Shown here piece after piece: positions 13,134 to 25,338 of a DNA stretch of 64,000 nucleotides. The translations under genes were made by a program, and so were the position numbers. Each line of letters opens with the position of its first letter. Position 1 is the first letter of the stretch. Location: the NCBI RefSeq assembly GCF_037042905.1, contig NC_087250.1, forward strand, positions 14,138,001 through 14,202,000, given 5' to 3'. Source of the DNA: Lytechinus pictus (taxonomy: Eukaryota). A model generated the notes under the pieces. That model saw only the letters and a program-made list of their open reading frames with translations, had not been told where the DNA came from and searched no databases.

Positions 13134-13518
13134 CAGTGTTTCCACTTTAAAGGAAATTACCCGAATTCCGGAAAATCTGGATCATTTTCAGATAATTTTT
13201 GGGTAATGAAAGAATTCCAGGAAATTAAGGAAATTACGGTGAAACAAAATTTAAGTAGTAAGTTCTAATTCATGTTGTATTTAAAGATTTGTTTACCTCG
13301 ATACAAAGCTCAAAATATTCCGCTCGCGCTCCGCACTTGTAATTTTGTTCCTATTTTTAAAAAGCGCGTGAACCAAAAAATAAATCAAATTCCTTGATAT
13401 TGGTCACTTAGACCAAATTCAGGTTCGCTGTTTGTCCATTTTTTTATATTCGAACTTGAAAATCGCAGGAAATGTCTATTAATTTCGGAAAATTTGTTTT
13501 AGATCTGTGGAAACACTG
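13134..13518. mobile_element. hAT-type MITE with 8-bp TSD
   Basis: CAGTGTTTCCAC...GTGGAAACACTG, flanked by CATCGCAG at 13126-13133 and 13519-13526. Confidence 0.9.
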
Positions 13519-13739
13519 CATCGCAGAGACTTCTGTGCTGGTGCGACCATGAATTTATGGATTTTGAAAATTACTACATCTTGGCAACAGTAATTTTTCT
13601 CCCCATTTCAGATTTTGTAGTTGAAACTATACTTTTTTAAAAGATGTGCTGCAGAAGTCCAATGCAACAAACTTAATGTGGGATAAGAAAGCAGTCTTTT
13701 TAAGGCTTTCTTTATAAAATGAAACAATCAGATACTGAC

Positions 13740-13799
13740 CCTTTACCTCCTGGAAAGATCCTGAGATGTCTATTAGCTTTGATCAGAGCAACTGCAATC
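13740..13799 (-). CDS. SAMHD1: SAMHD1-like internal exon C (60 nt, phase 2/2)
   Basis: (M)IAVALIKANRHLRIFPGGK(G), aligning with ITDAFLKADDYIEITGAGG. Polypyrimidine acceptor (ttttccctttatAG) and donor GTCAGT at 13739. Phases fit both neighbouring exons. Confidence 0.85.
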
Positions 13800-13883
13800 C
13801 TATAAAGGGAAAATTGAAATTCTTACTTTTATACCAGCGATCTGTTATTGTAAATCAAAAGAAAATAAGATAATGGTGTCAGG

Positions 13884-15388
13884 TGTGACTTATTTCTTTC
13901 TTTGACAGATATCCCTCAGTTCTTTTGCTAGTTAACCTATTAGCATCCTTGATTCCTTTATTGCAGGCCCAACTTAGGAGCTACAGTTTGACTTGATATG
14001 CAAATTAACCTCTATAGAAACTGTGTGTTGGCTTGAGCGATTATGAATGGAGGTGTGTGAGATGATGTGTGGAGTAAGAGATAGTGTAAAGGGTTGCCTT
14101 TCTTGTATAGCTTGGACAAGCATTGTGCCTATTGACTTTTGGAGAGAGAGGACATGTGTCTTCCTTTTTGGCCTATTTTCACAAGTCAAGTTGTAAGTTG
14201 AATTATACCCGTACATTTCTTCCAATTTAATTAAATGATAGACAGGTTAGAGAGTAATAATACAAATGATGTTTGAAATGTGTACTCTGAATATTGAAAT
14301 CTTAATTCACTGGATTATTTTTATTTGTCCTTATTTGCAGTGGATAAAATATTTTGCTGTTTAAATGTATTATGAATAATCATTACTATGGTATGATAAG
14401 TAATATCCTGTTGTATAATGATGATTACTGAGATTTATAAAAGGAATGGTTACTGTTACACGCAAGCATTGGTTATGATTTACAGGAAGCTCTTATTACT
14501 GAGGATATTGTCTCGATTTCGGCCACGCCCTTTGAGTCTTGGCTTGACACCGGATATGCCTTTGTGAGGCCCCTTTCTTTGTGGTAGCAACATTAGAAAT
14601 TGTAAATTGATCGCCTGCTACTTCAGTGAAACGGCAGGGGACTTAAGCTCCTTCTTTGTGGATGTACTTAGTGAGACTTTGTGACAGTTGCTAACGCCTG
14701 GGCCAGCGCTCCAAACCTGAAAGTCAACTGTGCGATCTTCAAGACCGCGTTCTCGTGTACATCATGGCCGAACCCTACTGATTCTTCAGTCATCAGTCCT
14801 CAGCGCCTACCCTAGGTTTGATGAAGTCATATTGGGTGACGTATGCTTGTGATAGTTTTCATCAACATCTTTATAGACAAACCTTATGGAATTGGTGACA
14901 ACCGTTTGTTTCTGAACTTACACTTCCAATCTAAGTTTCAACCATACGTTCATGAACGCGCCTTCTGGGACCTCGTAACTGAATTTAACTGACACTCATG
15001 AATACAATTGACTTTATCTTCTAAATGGGGTATATTGGCCAATATGCATGTAGGCATTAGTAATCTTTGGCATTTTTATACTGTGATACTTGATTAATTT
15101 GAAATCTGTTTTTCGAGCAAGTTGATGCACTGATTAAATTGATATTTATTATTTGAACAATTTGATCCATTGGAAGTTTGTATGATTTGATATTGAATTG
15201 ATTTGATATTCGGTGTGCTATCATTTGAAGATTGTTTTGGTGTTGGATTGATTGGATAAGTGTTAAACGTGATGAGATTCCATAAGTCCTTGATCAAAAA
15301 GGGAATTCAAACTGTTTAAAAGTATATTTCAGTGATCTATAAGTTTCTTTTCTTGAAGTTCTTGGCTCAAACCTGACAAATGGTCACA
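13884..15388 (+). mobile_element. Possible solo LTR
   Basis: TGTGAC...GTCACA ends, TATAAAAG at ~14437 and a GC-richer segment after it. No TSD found. Confidence 0.3.
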
Positions 15389-15824
15389 CACTAAAAATTG
15401 ATGTCCTCATTCCTGAATTACCTGATTAGATGTTAATCGATCATAAAATCTATAAATAATTTGTGATCAATTTGTATGTAAATGTGAGGGAAGAACTAAA
15501 TAGTTCGTAGAAATAAAGCTCCGGAAAAGGTTCAATTGTGTGGATGCTGAATCCTTATTCTAACATTAAAATCTTACATTCGTGCATAAAACATTATATT
15601 AATGTTATTGATGGATTCTTAAAGAAAATTTGAATTGTTCATAAAATCAGGTTAAGCCCCCTTCCCCCTCTCTCCTTCCCAATAATAACTTCTTTTGTTT
15701 TCTCAATGGATGTGCCCTGAAAAGTAATTTATACAAATTTATCGATAGCTTATCAAAAAACTATAAACTCAAAGATTGTATCCTGAATAGAGAAAACATG
15801 TTTTGATTTTTGAAATTAAGCTCA

Positions 15825-15905
15825 TTGGGCCCGCTGGAAGAGCAGTCTTGTGATTGAAGTGGCTACCCTAGGTAAATAAAACGTTATTATTATTATCATT
15901 ATTAC
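15825..15905 (+). mobile_element. SINE 3' tail fragment (family of 34087-34340)
   Basis: agagcagt...tgaagtggctaccctaggtaaataaa followed by (TTA)n, shared with 34270-34340. Confidence 0.7.
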
Positions 15906-17843
15906 TTTTATTTCTTTTACAGGCTATTTTCCCCCAATTTGTACATTGCAATGATAAATTTATCCAACTTTACACACACACATAAAAAACCAAGTCTCCC
16001 CTAAATCAACTTGCTGTAACTTTTGAATGGAACAATTTCGAGATATGATATTTCATAGGTGGTTTTCTATGCTCATCAAGCAACTCTTGGGGACAAATGC
16101 GATTGATCGGTTGAGTCATGCATGAGTAATCAACGATTGAATTAGAAATGACCTTGAAAGTCAGAGCAGTCGTTTTTCAGATTGTGTAAATACAAAGTTG
16201 GGCAAAGGTTGATTTTATGGTTTAATGCTGTTTTACTATCCATCATTTAGCCACTCCACACAAAATTTTGATAACAAATGTTCACGGTTGAGTGAGCACA
16301 TTTTTTTTAAAGTATCATCATAGGGGTCTATGGTAGTATCCGCTAAAACTTGTTAAAACATGTTAAAATTTGAAAATGTTAGTGGCTCCCCCAATTACTC
16401 GGTCCCTCCGCATTTCCAAATTCTGGATCCACCCTCTGAAATTGTTAGTAAAATAATGCATTTATGCAGCATGAAGATATTTCATTCCCAAGTTATTGAA
16501 TGTGCTCGCTCAACCATGAAAATGTAAAAAAAGTTCGAAAAGTGTGTGGTGATAAAAATAATGGATGATAAAAACAACAGCAATTAAGTCACATTTGAAA
16601 CCGATTCCTACCCCTCAAAATGAGTCTGTGACATTGAAAATGCCCCTTTTCCCCTCTTTGATGCGTGCTCACTCATCCATAAATAAACAAATCGATTTCA
16701 TTTTTGCACAGAATTCTGCCCATATGTTGAAACACCTTACTGCCAAATGACATTGCTAAAGACAGCCTCGAAAAAATTCCACCATGTTGAACAAGGGTTT
16801 ACTTATTCTTAAACATTATGCACACATAGTGTACATGTGTACACCACGTCTATGAAAGAGGAAGTCGAAATTTTAACAAAAGTGAAATGAGGGTTTGTTT
16901 CATGGACGGTTTTTGTTACTTCTGTCAAGTTTTTTCACGAAACCTCAAATATGACTTCAGCGTAACACTGTCCAAAAGGCACGTACACCAAACTAATCAT
17001 TCGATACGGCACAGAGAGGAGCAAAGACCTTGAACTTTCTTCTCATTTGCATAATTTTTTTAATATTGTGTGCTCACTGAAGCATTAGACATCGGGATTT
17101 CCATTAAATAATCATATAAAATGAACTATGCAAGGAGGTTTGTGCATAGTTAGCAATTGCATTTTTTCCAATGACGTAAAAAAGAGCTAATCACATTCCA
17201 CATGTTCATTCAAACGTGAATGTTTAAGTAAACCCCTTTGAATCATTGAAACATGTTAATTGGTCATGAATATATCAAGAAAAGTTGAGAAAAGATAATT
17301 CCAGTTACCAATTAATGAAACAATACTTGCCTATGATATTTGAAAATCGTATTTTCTGTTTTCACTAAATGTTCATTGATTCGTGAAATGATGAATGTTG
17401 TTGAAGATACTCTTCCCAATAATAACTGTCATTATATTCGATATTTTTTATCGATAGAAATGTGAAAAGAATCTAATTGTATAAAATTTTGACCTGTGTT
17501 TATTCAACTTTGAAATTTAGCCAAAAAGGTTGAATCGTCTTTAAAAAGGCAAGTTTAACAAGCCTTCTTACTTCTTTTAACGACGAGAATGTGGAATTCG
17601 TTCCATTAAAGTAAAATCAAAGTCATGATTTTTGGCTTGTGACTTTTAAAAAGTGACAATTTTGCCTAATAGCAGTGATCACTGAAGCATGACATAAAAT
17701 ACTTCCATTATCATGATTACATTCACTCAGAGGGTAGCTTGGTAAATTACCTATACGCTCATGTAGAAATATATTAAAAACTCCCAGCGGCTCGAAAATT
17801 ATGGATGTTTGTTTAAGGGGGGCTTACTTTTTTGTTGTGTATA

Positions 17844-18536
17844 CAGTGCGTCCCAGAAAAAACGAAACCGAGATTTAGCGATGATTTATCATAACTTAAT
17901 CACAAATACAATAGACAAATGACCTACCAATGTAAAGCTTATAATCTCTTCTTTCATCTGATATCTGCTCTTTAATTTGATACCTTAATCACAAAAAATG
18001 GTCAAGAAGTAAAAAAGTTGCGTTCCCTCGATACAATGCTTGTATTTCCATAATTTCATCAAATAAACGTGTTTTCACCGGTTTCCCACAGAAGCTATCG
18101 CATAGTTAACAAAAGACTTAATGCATGGCTGATCGTCAACAAAACGGAGTGTCGAGTGAGTCTGAACGCTAGTCTGTAAAACCTCTTCATTTTATGAAAG
18201 TATTGAAATTCAAGCCTTATTTCAAATAACCAGAGCTTTCTTATTTCTTGACTATTTTCTGTAACTGGGGTATCAAATTAAAGAGCAGATATTGAACTTG
18301 TTAGAAATGTGGTTTTCTTTTTGTAACCCAGATACAGCCCGCTAAATGACTTTTTGGTATCCCCTCTTCAAATTGTTTTTCCCCACTCATGCGTGAATAA
18401 GAAATAATCTAAGTAATTTCAGATGAAAGAGGAGATTCTAAGCTTTACAACGGTAGGTCATTTGTCTATTGTATTTGTGATTAAGTTATGATATATCATC
18501 GATAAATCTCGGTTTCGTTTTTTGTAAGACGTACTG
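17844..18536. mobile_element. CAGTG MITE with both long TIRs, TA-flanked
   Basis: TA|CAGTGCGTCCCAGAAAAAACGAAACCGAGATTTA ... TAAATCTCGGTTTCGTTTTTTGTAAGACGTACTG|TA. Left arm lacks an internal segment present in the 222 copy. Confidence 0.9.
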
Positions 18537-18847
18537 TATACATCTCTCACACAGTATGTGTTTTTAGATACTTTCATTCTAATCGATAATTCAGACTAAA
18601 AAAGAGAATTATCATAGCATTCACAATAGTTTAATATGGATTTCATGACAAAAGAGACAATAATTTGCATTCTACACTTTACATAACTTTCTATAACGAT
18701 CATTTTAAACACTGTACAAATGTAAATGGGCAACAGAAAAAAAGAAACACTTGCAAAGATTGCAAACAAATAAAAAAAAACATTAAGATTGATGTACAGA
18801 ACAGCAAATCAAGTTTAGAATTAAAAAAAATACTCTAAAATACTTAC

Positions 18848-18939
18848 ATATGTTCAATGATCTTGCTTACTTTGTGTTGATAGGCTCTCCGGTGGAGAGT
18901 GTATCTGGTGTGGAACATCTGATATAGATTATATATCTC
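18848..18939 (-). CDS. SAMHD1: SAMHD1-like internal exon B (92 nt, phase 0/2)
   Basis: [30 protein letters not shown](M), matching SAMHD1 [31 protein letters not shown]. Acceptor AG at 18941-0, donor GTAAGT at 18847. Not in the ORF track. Confidence 0.95.
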
Positions 18940-19504
18940 CTAATTACACACAAATATAAAACAAATAATGATTGAAATGAAATATAAAATACATTAATTG
19001 TTAATAAATGTAATTTACAACAAACAATGGTTTCATGAAAAAGTCTTTAAAATCAAGATTAATTGTCACCATATAGCTGTTTTTAAAGTTGCGCAAGACT
19101 TAACGCACGACTTGTGATCCTTTCTTGTGCCACACTATCCTTATGTAGCTTACTTAGCACCTAAGATCAGGTTGCATTCGTGCATAAAGTTGTGCGTAAC
19201 TTTACGAACAGCTTTATGAAACACCCCCTGGGACGTTAGCATAAACATAAGTGTGAAATCATGATATCTAAGCTGAAAAACAGTAACACAGGAGAACGCA
19301 AACACAGATCTATAAGATAAGTGCATGTGGGGAAGTTTCTTATCATTCCTTGGAATCTGGTTGGAATGCCATACTTATTTTGCTCATTTAATTTTCTACC
19401 AGAGTCATTTGGCACATATTTTTTACTTACACAAACAAACGCTTGGGTGGATATATCATTGAATTTTATTGGAAGTCATTACCATTACTGTCATTTATAT
19501 ATAT

Positions 19505-20230
19505 AGTAACGTCTGAATTATGAAAATACTTACCATGATTTTCTTATTTACGAGATAACTGGATATACATGTACTCATTTGATTTGCTAGTTCATTACGA
19601 TTAACTTGCACGCCGAATAAAAGTACACAATTTTTCCTGCGCGCGCGCAGCATCTCCCTACGCACGCACTATCCTAAGATCATCACGCAAATAGGCGTCC
19701 ATTTCCTCTCATGAGCCTGAACGCAAGACATGTTGCCACGCAAGGCGAGGGGTCGGTGGGAGGGTTCAAATGAGTATATCCAGTTATCTCGTAAATAAGA
19801 AAATCATGGTAAGTATTTTCATAATTTACATCAATAACTGGGATATACTCATTTGATTTGCTAGACCAACACGGATTCAAAGTGAAGGGAGGCATGTCTA
19901 GATGAAGACACGAAAGGCCGCTGCCTTAAGGACAGAGGAGGCAAATAAGGCGTCATGTGAAGTAAGGTCCTTAAGAACAAGGAATTAGAAGAGCGCCAAA
20001 AAGGCGGTCCTCAAGATGTCGTCTACGACGATTCAATAGAAGAAGCCCAAGAAGAAACGATATTATAGTATCATGGGCCCTCGGCCTAGTATCAGAAGGA
20101 GAACATCATCACCAACTGACTTGATTGTTTCAACGATCCAGCGTGAAATGATGTCTCGAGAAGCTGCCGCAAACGGCTCGCGCGACAATACAACCAACTG
20201 AACAGAGTTGGGAATTGTCTGAAGAATGGC
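19505..20230 (-). mobile_element. DIRS-type retrotransposon 3' end: tyrosine recombinase C-terminus plus terminal repeat/ICR
   Basis: Minus strand, frameshifted: AAASRDIISRWIVE, PRAHDT, SSWA, DDILRTAF(W)RSSNS, LKDL. 19516-19582 is inverted at 19766-19826, and 19555-19590 is directly repeated at 19834-19864. Confidence 0.8.
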
Positions 20231-20369
20231 AAACAAAGACAAGGGTTAAAAGTCACGCCTAATCTACGCCAATCCCGGCAAAAGTCCGAATTTTGATATA
20301 TATATAAATATATTTTGATTTATATTTATGTATATGTATGCGTGTGTGTACGTATGCTTATGTCTGTCT

Positions 20370-20595
20370 AACCACCATCACCGCGACCCGTTTTCTCTCG
20401 GGCCGACTGTTTATCAGCGTTCAAAATGAAAAGGTTTTTTCGGTGAGGCACAGGTCACATCTCTTTGTCTCGTTGAAGTATGCTTGCGCATGGCTGGCGA
20501 TGGACCACTTGATGGTATACGGCGTGTCGCATCGTTTCAGGTCCCAGATGAACTTCGACAGTTCCGTGCTGTTCTGGTACCGTTCGTGTCGGAAT
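20370..20595 (-). mobile_element. Penelope-like element fragment (C-terminal part of the GIY-YIG region)
   Basis: FRHERYQNSTELSKFIWDLKRCDTPYTIKWSIASHAQAYFNETKRCDLCLTEK, homologous to ORF 52728-53195 and flanked by TA-rich tracts. Confidence 0.75.
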
Positions 20596-20770
20596 TATAT
20601 ATTTTGATATATATTTAATATAAATTAAATTAAATTTGATGAACCTCCAGTCAACCTTGTGAAGTTGTGTTTATCGTTCAAAGCTCTTCCTGTGAAGGAC
20701 ATCGAGCACTCTATACAAGGATAGAATTCCCGAAAAAAAATATATATATACATATGCATGCACATAGCAT

Positions 20771-23575
20771 CAGGACAACTACCCCCTGGACAATCACCCC
20801 CTGGACAACTACCCCCCGGACAATTACCCCCCCGAGGACAATTACCCCCCGGACAATTACCCCCCGAGGACAATTACCCCCCGGACAATTACCCCCCGGA
20901 CAACTACCCCCCGAGGACAATTACCCCCGGACAATTACCCCCCGGACAACTACCCCCCGAGGACAATTACCCCCCGGACAACTACCCCCCGAGGACAATT
21001 ACCCCCCGGAAAAACTACCCCCCGGACAATTACCCCCCGGAAAACTACCCCCGGACAATTACCCCCTAGACAAAGGGAGTGCACAGAGTCATACGTCGGC
21101 CTTACGTTTGACGTAAGAAGTACTCAAGACATTCTCGAGTATCTTGGAATCAAACGTACGCCGTAAGAAAGCTGTAAAATTTAGCTCCATCCATAGGCGG
21201 ATCCAGGGGGGGGGGCGAGGGGCCCGCCCTCCCCCCCCCCTATCGGCAGAGCAAAAAAATGAAGAAAAAAAGGGGGAAAGGAAGAAAAAAAGAAAAAGAA
21301 GGGGAAAGAAAGGAGGAAAAATAAGAGTTAAAATAAGAGGGAGACGAGTGAAAAAAAAAGGTCAGGGGATGTCTTGGAAAATGATAAAAAGATATATTTC
21401 ATGTCACTTTATTAATTTTTTCGCTCGCGCTTCGGGCTCGCATAGCCTGTTCGATGAGATACACATCTTGCTAAATAGGCTGATATGTAGCTTAAAATGT
21501 CAAGTTTTGAAGTCGATATTACAAAGCATATTTCAGCTCGGACATTATTCATAATTTTGTTTGATTTACAAACTGATTTTTAAGTGCTCTGTTTAATGTC
21601 CGTTTTATGGTGTGAATATAACTTGCAGCTTGCGCTATGCGCTCGCATTATTTGATTTGCCAAATTATATAACAAACTACTTAAAACCCCCCTTTTATGA
21701 CAGTTTACCATAAATTTCGTCTCACGATTTGCGCTCGCATTTTTGTTAAAAATATATCAACTCACAAATCCTATTCATGATTACAAAAGTGCTTAAAATA
21801 TCCAGTTTTCAGGCCTCAGTGTCAACACACTTTACTTTTACACTCATTTAGGCTTATTACATTAATAAATATGATAATAAAATTTTCATGAATTCTTAAT
21901 GACTAAATTGTCCCTTTTCGGAAAAGAATATCGACAATATCACAGTTTCATATGTTTCATATCGCACTCAGGAAGAGGAATAAGAAAGTTGTCATCATTT
22001 TCATATGATGACGTAATGTCCATAGACCTAGAATGTCCAGGTCCTAGGTCAAAATAACAATGAAGATATCAGCTCGCGCTTCACACTCGCATAATTTATT
22101 AAGTGCTTTCCACATCCACTTCACAATTTTCCTACACAATGCTTTAGATAGTGCTCAAATTCACCATTTTCATACCGGAATATCAAGTATTTTCCGCCCA
22201 CGCTTCGCGCTTGCATTGCTTTTTCGATGAGATTAATATCTTGCTCAATATAGGCTTATATGGAGCTTAAAATATCAAGTTTCGAATTCGATATACAAAA
22301 CATATTTCATCTCGGATATCGAGCTTTCATTATTTTTAAATTTACAAATTGATTTTTCAAGTGCTCTGTAAAATGTCTGTTTCATGGTCTAAATATTAAT
22401 ATTTTCAGCTCACGGTGCTCGGTCGCATTATTTGATTTGCATAGGCCTACTTCTTTATAAATTCTTACCGTCCTTAAAATGCACCTTAAACGAATCGTAT
22501 ACTATCATGATTGCCAATTTGTATAGAAAAAACACTGTATTTGATTATGTCATATTGTTTACAATTTAGTAAATTTGGTACTTAATTTCCTTCTTTAATG
22601 TTTAATTGCTTTCACCCAAGAATAATACACACAAAAACACCTTGTAATTTACAAGGCGTTCTTGTGTGTATTATCTTTGCTTTAAGTTTTTCAGCTTACT
22701 GTATTAAGTTATAAAGCCACATCTTAATCTGGAATGTGCACCAATTGTTTCATAATTCTTAGCTTCTTGTTAGTTGAACTGTTAAAAAAAAAACCTGATT
22801 TATAGGTCTACTTGACAGTGTTAGTGTTCATAGTTGCGTTATCGACTTTTAATATTTCTACCTATAAAGGTGTTTTTTTACGTTTTATCTATTTGCCTGA
22901 TTTCTTACCTGAAATTAAACCCAAAATAAATATTTAAAAAAATCAGATCAGTTGGAATCAGAGATATTCAGCATTTGTAATTATTATGACTCATCACGTA
23001 CAATTGTTCTATGCAAACTTAGAATGAGGGCCAGTTTACAAATTTTCTGATGTATATAATTATGCATAGCCAAACGGGAGGTTTCGGGTGCAAGCCCCCC
23101 CCCCCCCATTTTTCATGATGCAGAAGGCGCCGCTAAACAAAAAAGGAAAAAAGAAGAAAGTGAGAGAACAGGAGAAAGAGCAATATAAAAGAGAAAGAAA
23201 AAGTTATTAACGTAAGATGAAGTAGAAAATATTTCGGAAACCTGTGCCACCGACCAAAACTTACAATGGGTCCCGCTTAATTCTAACATTGATGCTGGAG
23301 AGAAGGGGGGATTTTCTGAAGGTAATTGTCTGGGGGGTAATTGCCCGGGGGTAATTGTCCGTGGGTAATTGTCCGGGGGGTAATTGTCCGGGGGGTAATT
23401 GTCCTCGGGGGGTAGTTGTCCGGGGGGTAATTGTCCGGGGGTAATTGTCCTCGGGGGGTACTTGTCCTCGGGGGGTAATTGTCCGGGGGGTAATTGTCCT
23501 CGGGGGGTAATTATCCGGGGGGTAGTTGTCCGGGGGGGGGGGGGTGATTGTCCAGGGGGTAGTTGTCCTAGAACC
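20771..23575. mobile_element. Foldback element with inverted 15/18-bp tandem arms (GGACAATTACCCCCC)
   Basis: Left arm 20771-21070, inverted right arm 23320-23575 ending ...GTCCTAGAACC. No TSD detected. Confidence 0.8.
21192..22480 (+). mobile_element. GGCGGATCC-terminal hAT-like non-autonomous element (truncated), nested in the foldback
   Basis: Starts CATAGGCGGATCCAGGGG, carries repeated GCTCGCGCTTCGCGCTCGC-like motifs, and is an inverted homologue of 36180-37069. Confidence 0.7.
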
Positions 23576-25338
23576 ATCCACGATCACATCATCCTCGGTC
23601 ACGCAGTGACCATGGCCACATACATAGCATGGAAGGAGGATGAAAGCAGCCTGCGAGGCGACTCAAGTGTGCCGAGTGAAAAAGCTTCTAAAAAAGAAGA
23701 CAACTCGACACACGGGCACGGTAAATGCATCGACCGTAGCCCACTCCACACGAGGAAGCGGCGGAGACGCCCGCAAGCTTGACCCACATAGAGGGCAGTC
23801 TATTGAATAGACTGTTTGAGCTCGACCGATGGCCTGGCGGCGGACAGTTTGGTGTGAACTCGCCGACCCGGCACGGTGGGTGCGCCCAGGAAATAGGCAT
23901 AGAAATGCCGACAGAAAAAGCCTGGGGCTTGAAACAAGCCTGGACGCACGTACACCGCCGACAATCTAATGAGATATACGGCTGTTTCTTTCCACCGAAA
24001 TGATGCTTACCCGACCAGGAAAGACTCGGGGAACAAGCTGTGCATGTCAACAGGAGGGGTATCTGGCATATAAATAGCCGATTCCCTCCGGGCGTTCGGT
24101 GCGGGTGCTGCCGGCGGGGTCCGGGGGGAAGACCGATGATGGCAGCTCGGGCAGGGCTCTCACGAGCCGCCCGAATACGAGACAAACAGGTTAGAAAATA
24201 ACCATAATGCACCGGGTGGTGAAGGCATAGCGATTATTAAGTATAGGAGAACTATTAATTGCCGTGACATTCAGATCCGATATTTATGCTCATAAGCTCG
24301 GCAGAGCTACGAAATAGTGAGACAAACCGCTGAGTGGTGATGGTGCTAATATCGGAGTCGCCCTCACTACAGCGGCGATCGCTGGAGGACGGGTGTATGT
24401 ACTAGCCCTGGCTCTAACCTTACAATGAAGAGTAGGAGTCAAAAGTAAAGACAGGGCACCCTTACTTTCGTATAGAAAGTGAGGTTCAGGCCAAAAGCTG
24501 ACGGTCCCGTCGCCTTGGCGTACGGTCCGCGGGCGTGATAGGTTGCCCTCTCAAAAACAGCCAAACATTCTCATGAGAGAAGGAAGGCATGCGGTATGTT
24601 AGAAATTCTTTCCTCCAATCTACAGGCCCGCCTAGGGGGTAGAATGGAGAGAGTTACCGCTGAAAGAGCCGTCGCCGTAAGCGATGCCCGGTCAAACTGT
24701 GAAGCTTGACGTAGAGGGCGAATTCGGGAGTACCTGCATATTAATGGGGGATACCCATGCAGGTGAACTCGCCGACGGCTCCCCGGAGTGCGGGCTGGCG
24801 GGAGAAACTCAATCCGCTCAATGCCCGACACCGGCAATAAGACCGACAGAAAGCAGCCAAGCGGCTGCAGCGTCCAACCAGCGACATACGGGGGCTTGCC
24901 GACTTGCTGGGTGAGACCCATACGTCAGCAGCACCTGTGCATATCGTGAAATCACTCGTGCGGGTGAAAGGGCAGGCAATTTCAAAGAAAAGGGCGGCTG
25001 GTGCGAGGCTGCTGATAAGCCCGGCCGTCGCGTAGCGGCGGTCTATAATGATGGAGAACACGAGGGTAAGAACCCGTAATGCTCGGGACGTGTTGATGCA
25101 ACCTGTAAGGATGCAACCTCCAGCCGTCGGTCACCGAGAGCTTGCCGACATGTTGGCTTGAAAGCCGTATGTCGGAAGCACCTGCATAGAAACGGGGTCA
25201 CCGTGTAGGTGAACAGCGTTTCAATAAAAGCCCGGCGTGAGAGGGCAGGTGACTGCTTGAACCGCACGGTGCTTAGCACGGCGGCTGAAGCTGACATGAA
25301 GCGTGGGGGAATTTACCCGCACTGCTCGTGGGCGTGTG
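23576..25338 (-). mobile_element. GC-rich degenerate retroelement body, probably part of the DIRS element (continues at 32245-33400)
   Basis: Abrupt GC rise. Diverged repeats are shared across the insertion (cggtgcttagcacggcggctgaagctgaca at ~25267 vs cggtgcttgacacggcggttttagctgaca at ~32446). The TSD shows the two flanks were contiguous. Assignment to DIRS is inference from proximity. Confidence 0.45.

Noticed and set aside
13874..13890. LTR primer-binding site TGGTGTCAG
   Set aside because: The match is short, with no upstream LTR and no gag/pol downstream.
15971..17843. Tc1-like element bounded by TACAC..AAAAA..CCCC inverted ends
   Set aside because: The ends are too degenerate to call by eye and there is no coding remnant.
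20625..23782. Pro/Gly-rich ORFs (GQLPP, DNYPP, GGNCP repeats)
   Set aside because: These are translations of the 15-bp minisatellite arms, open in several frames on both strands, and not genes.
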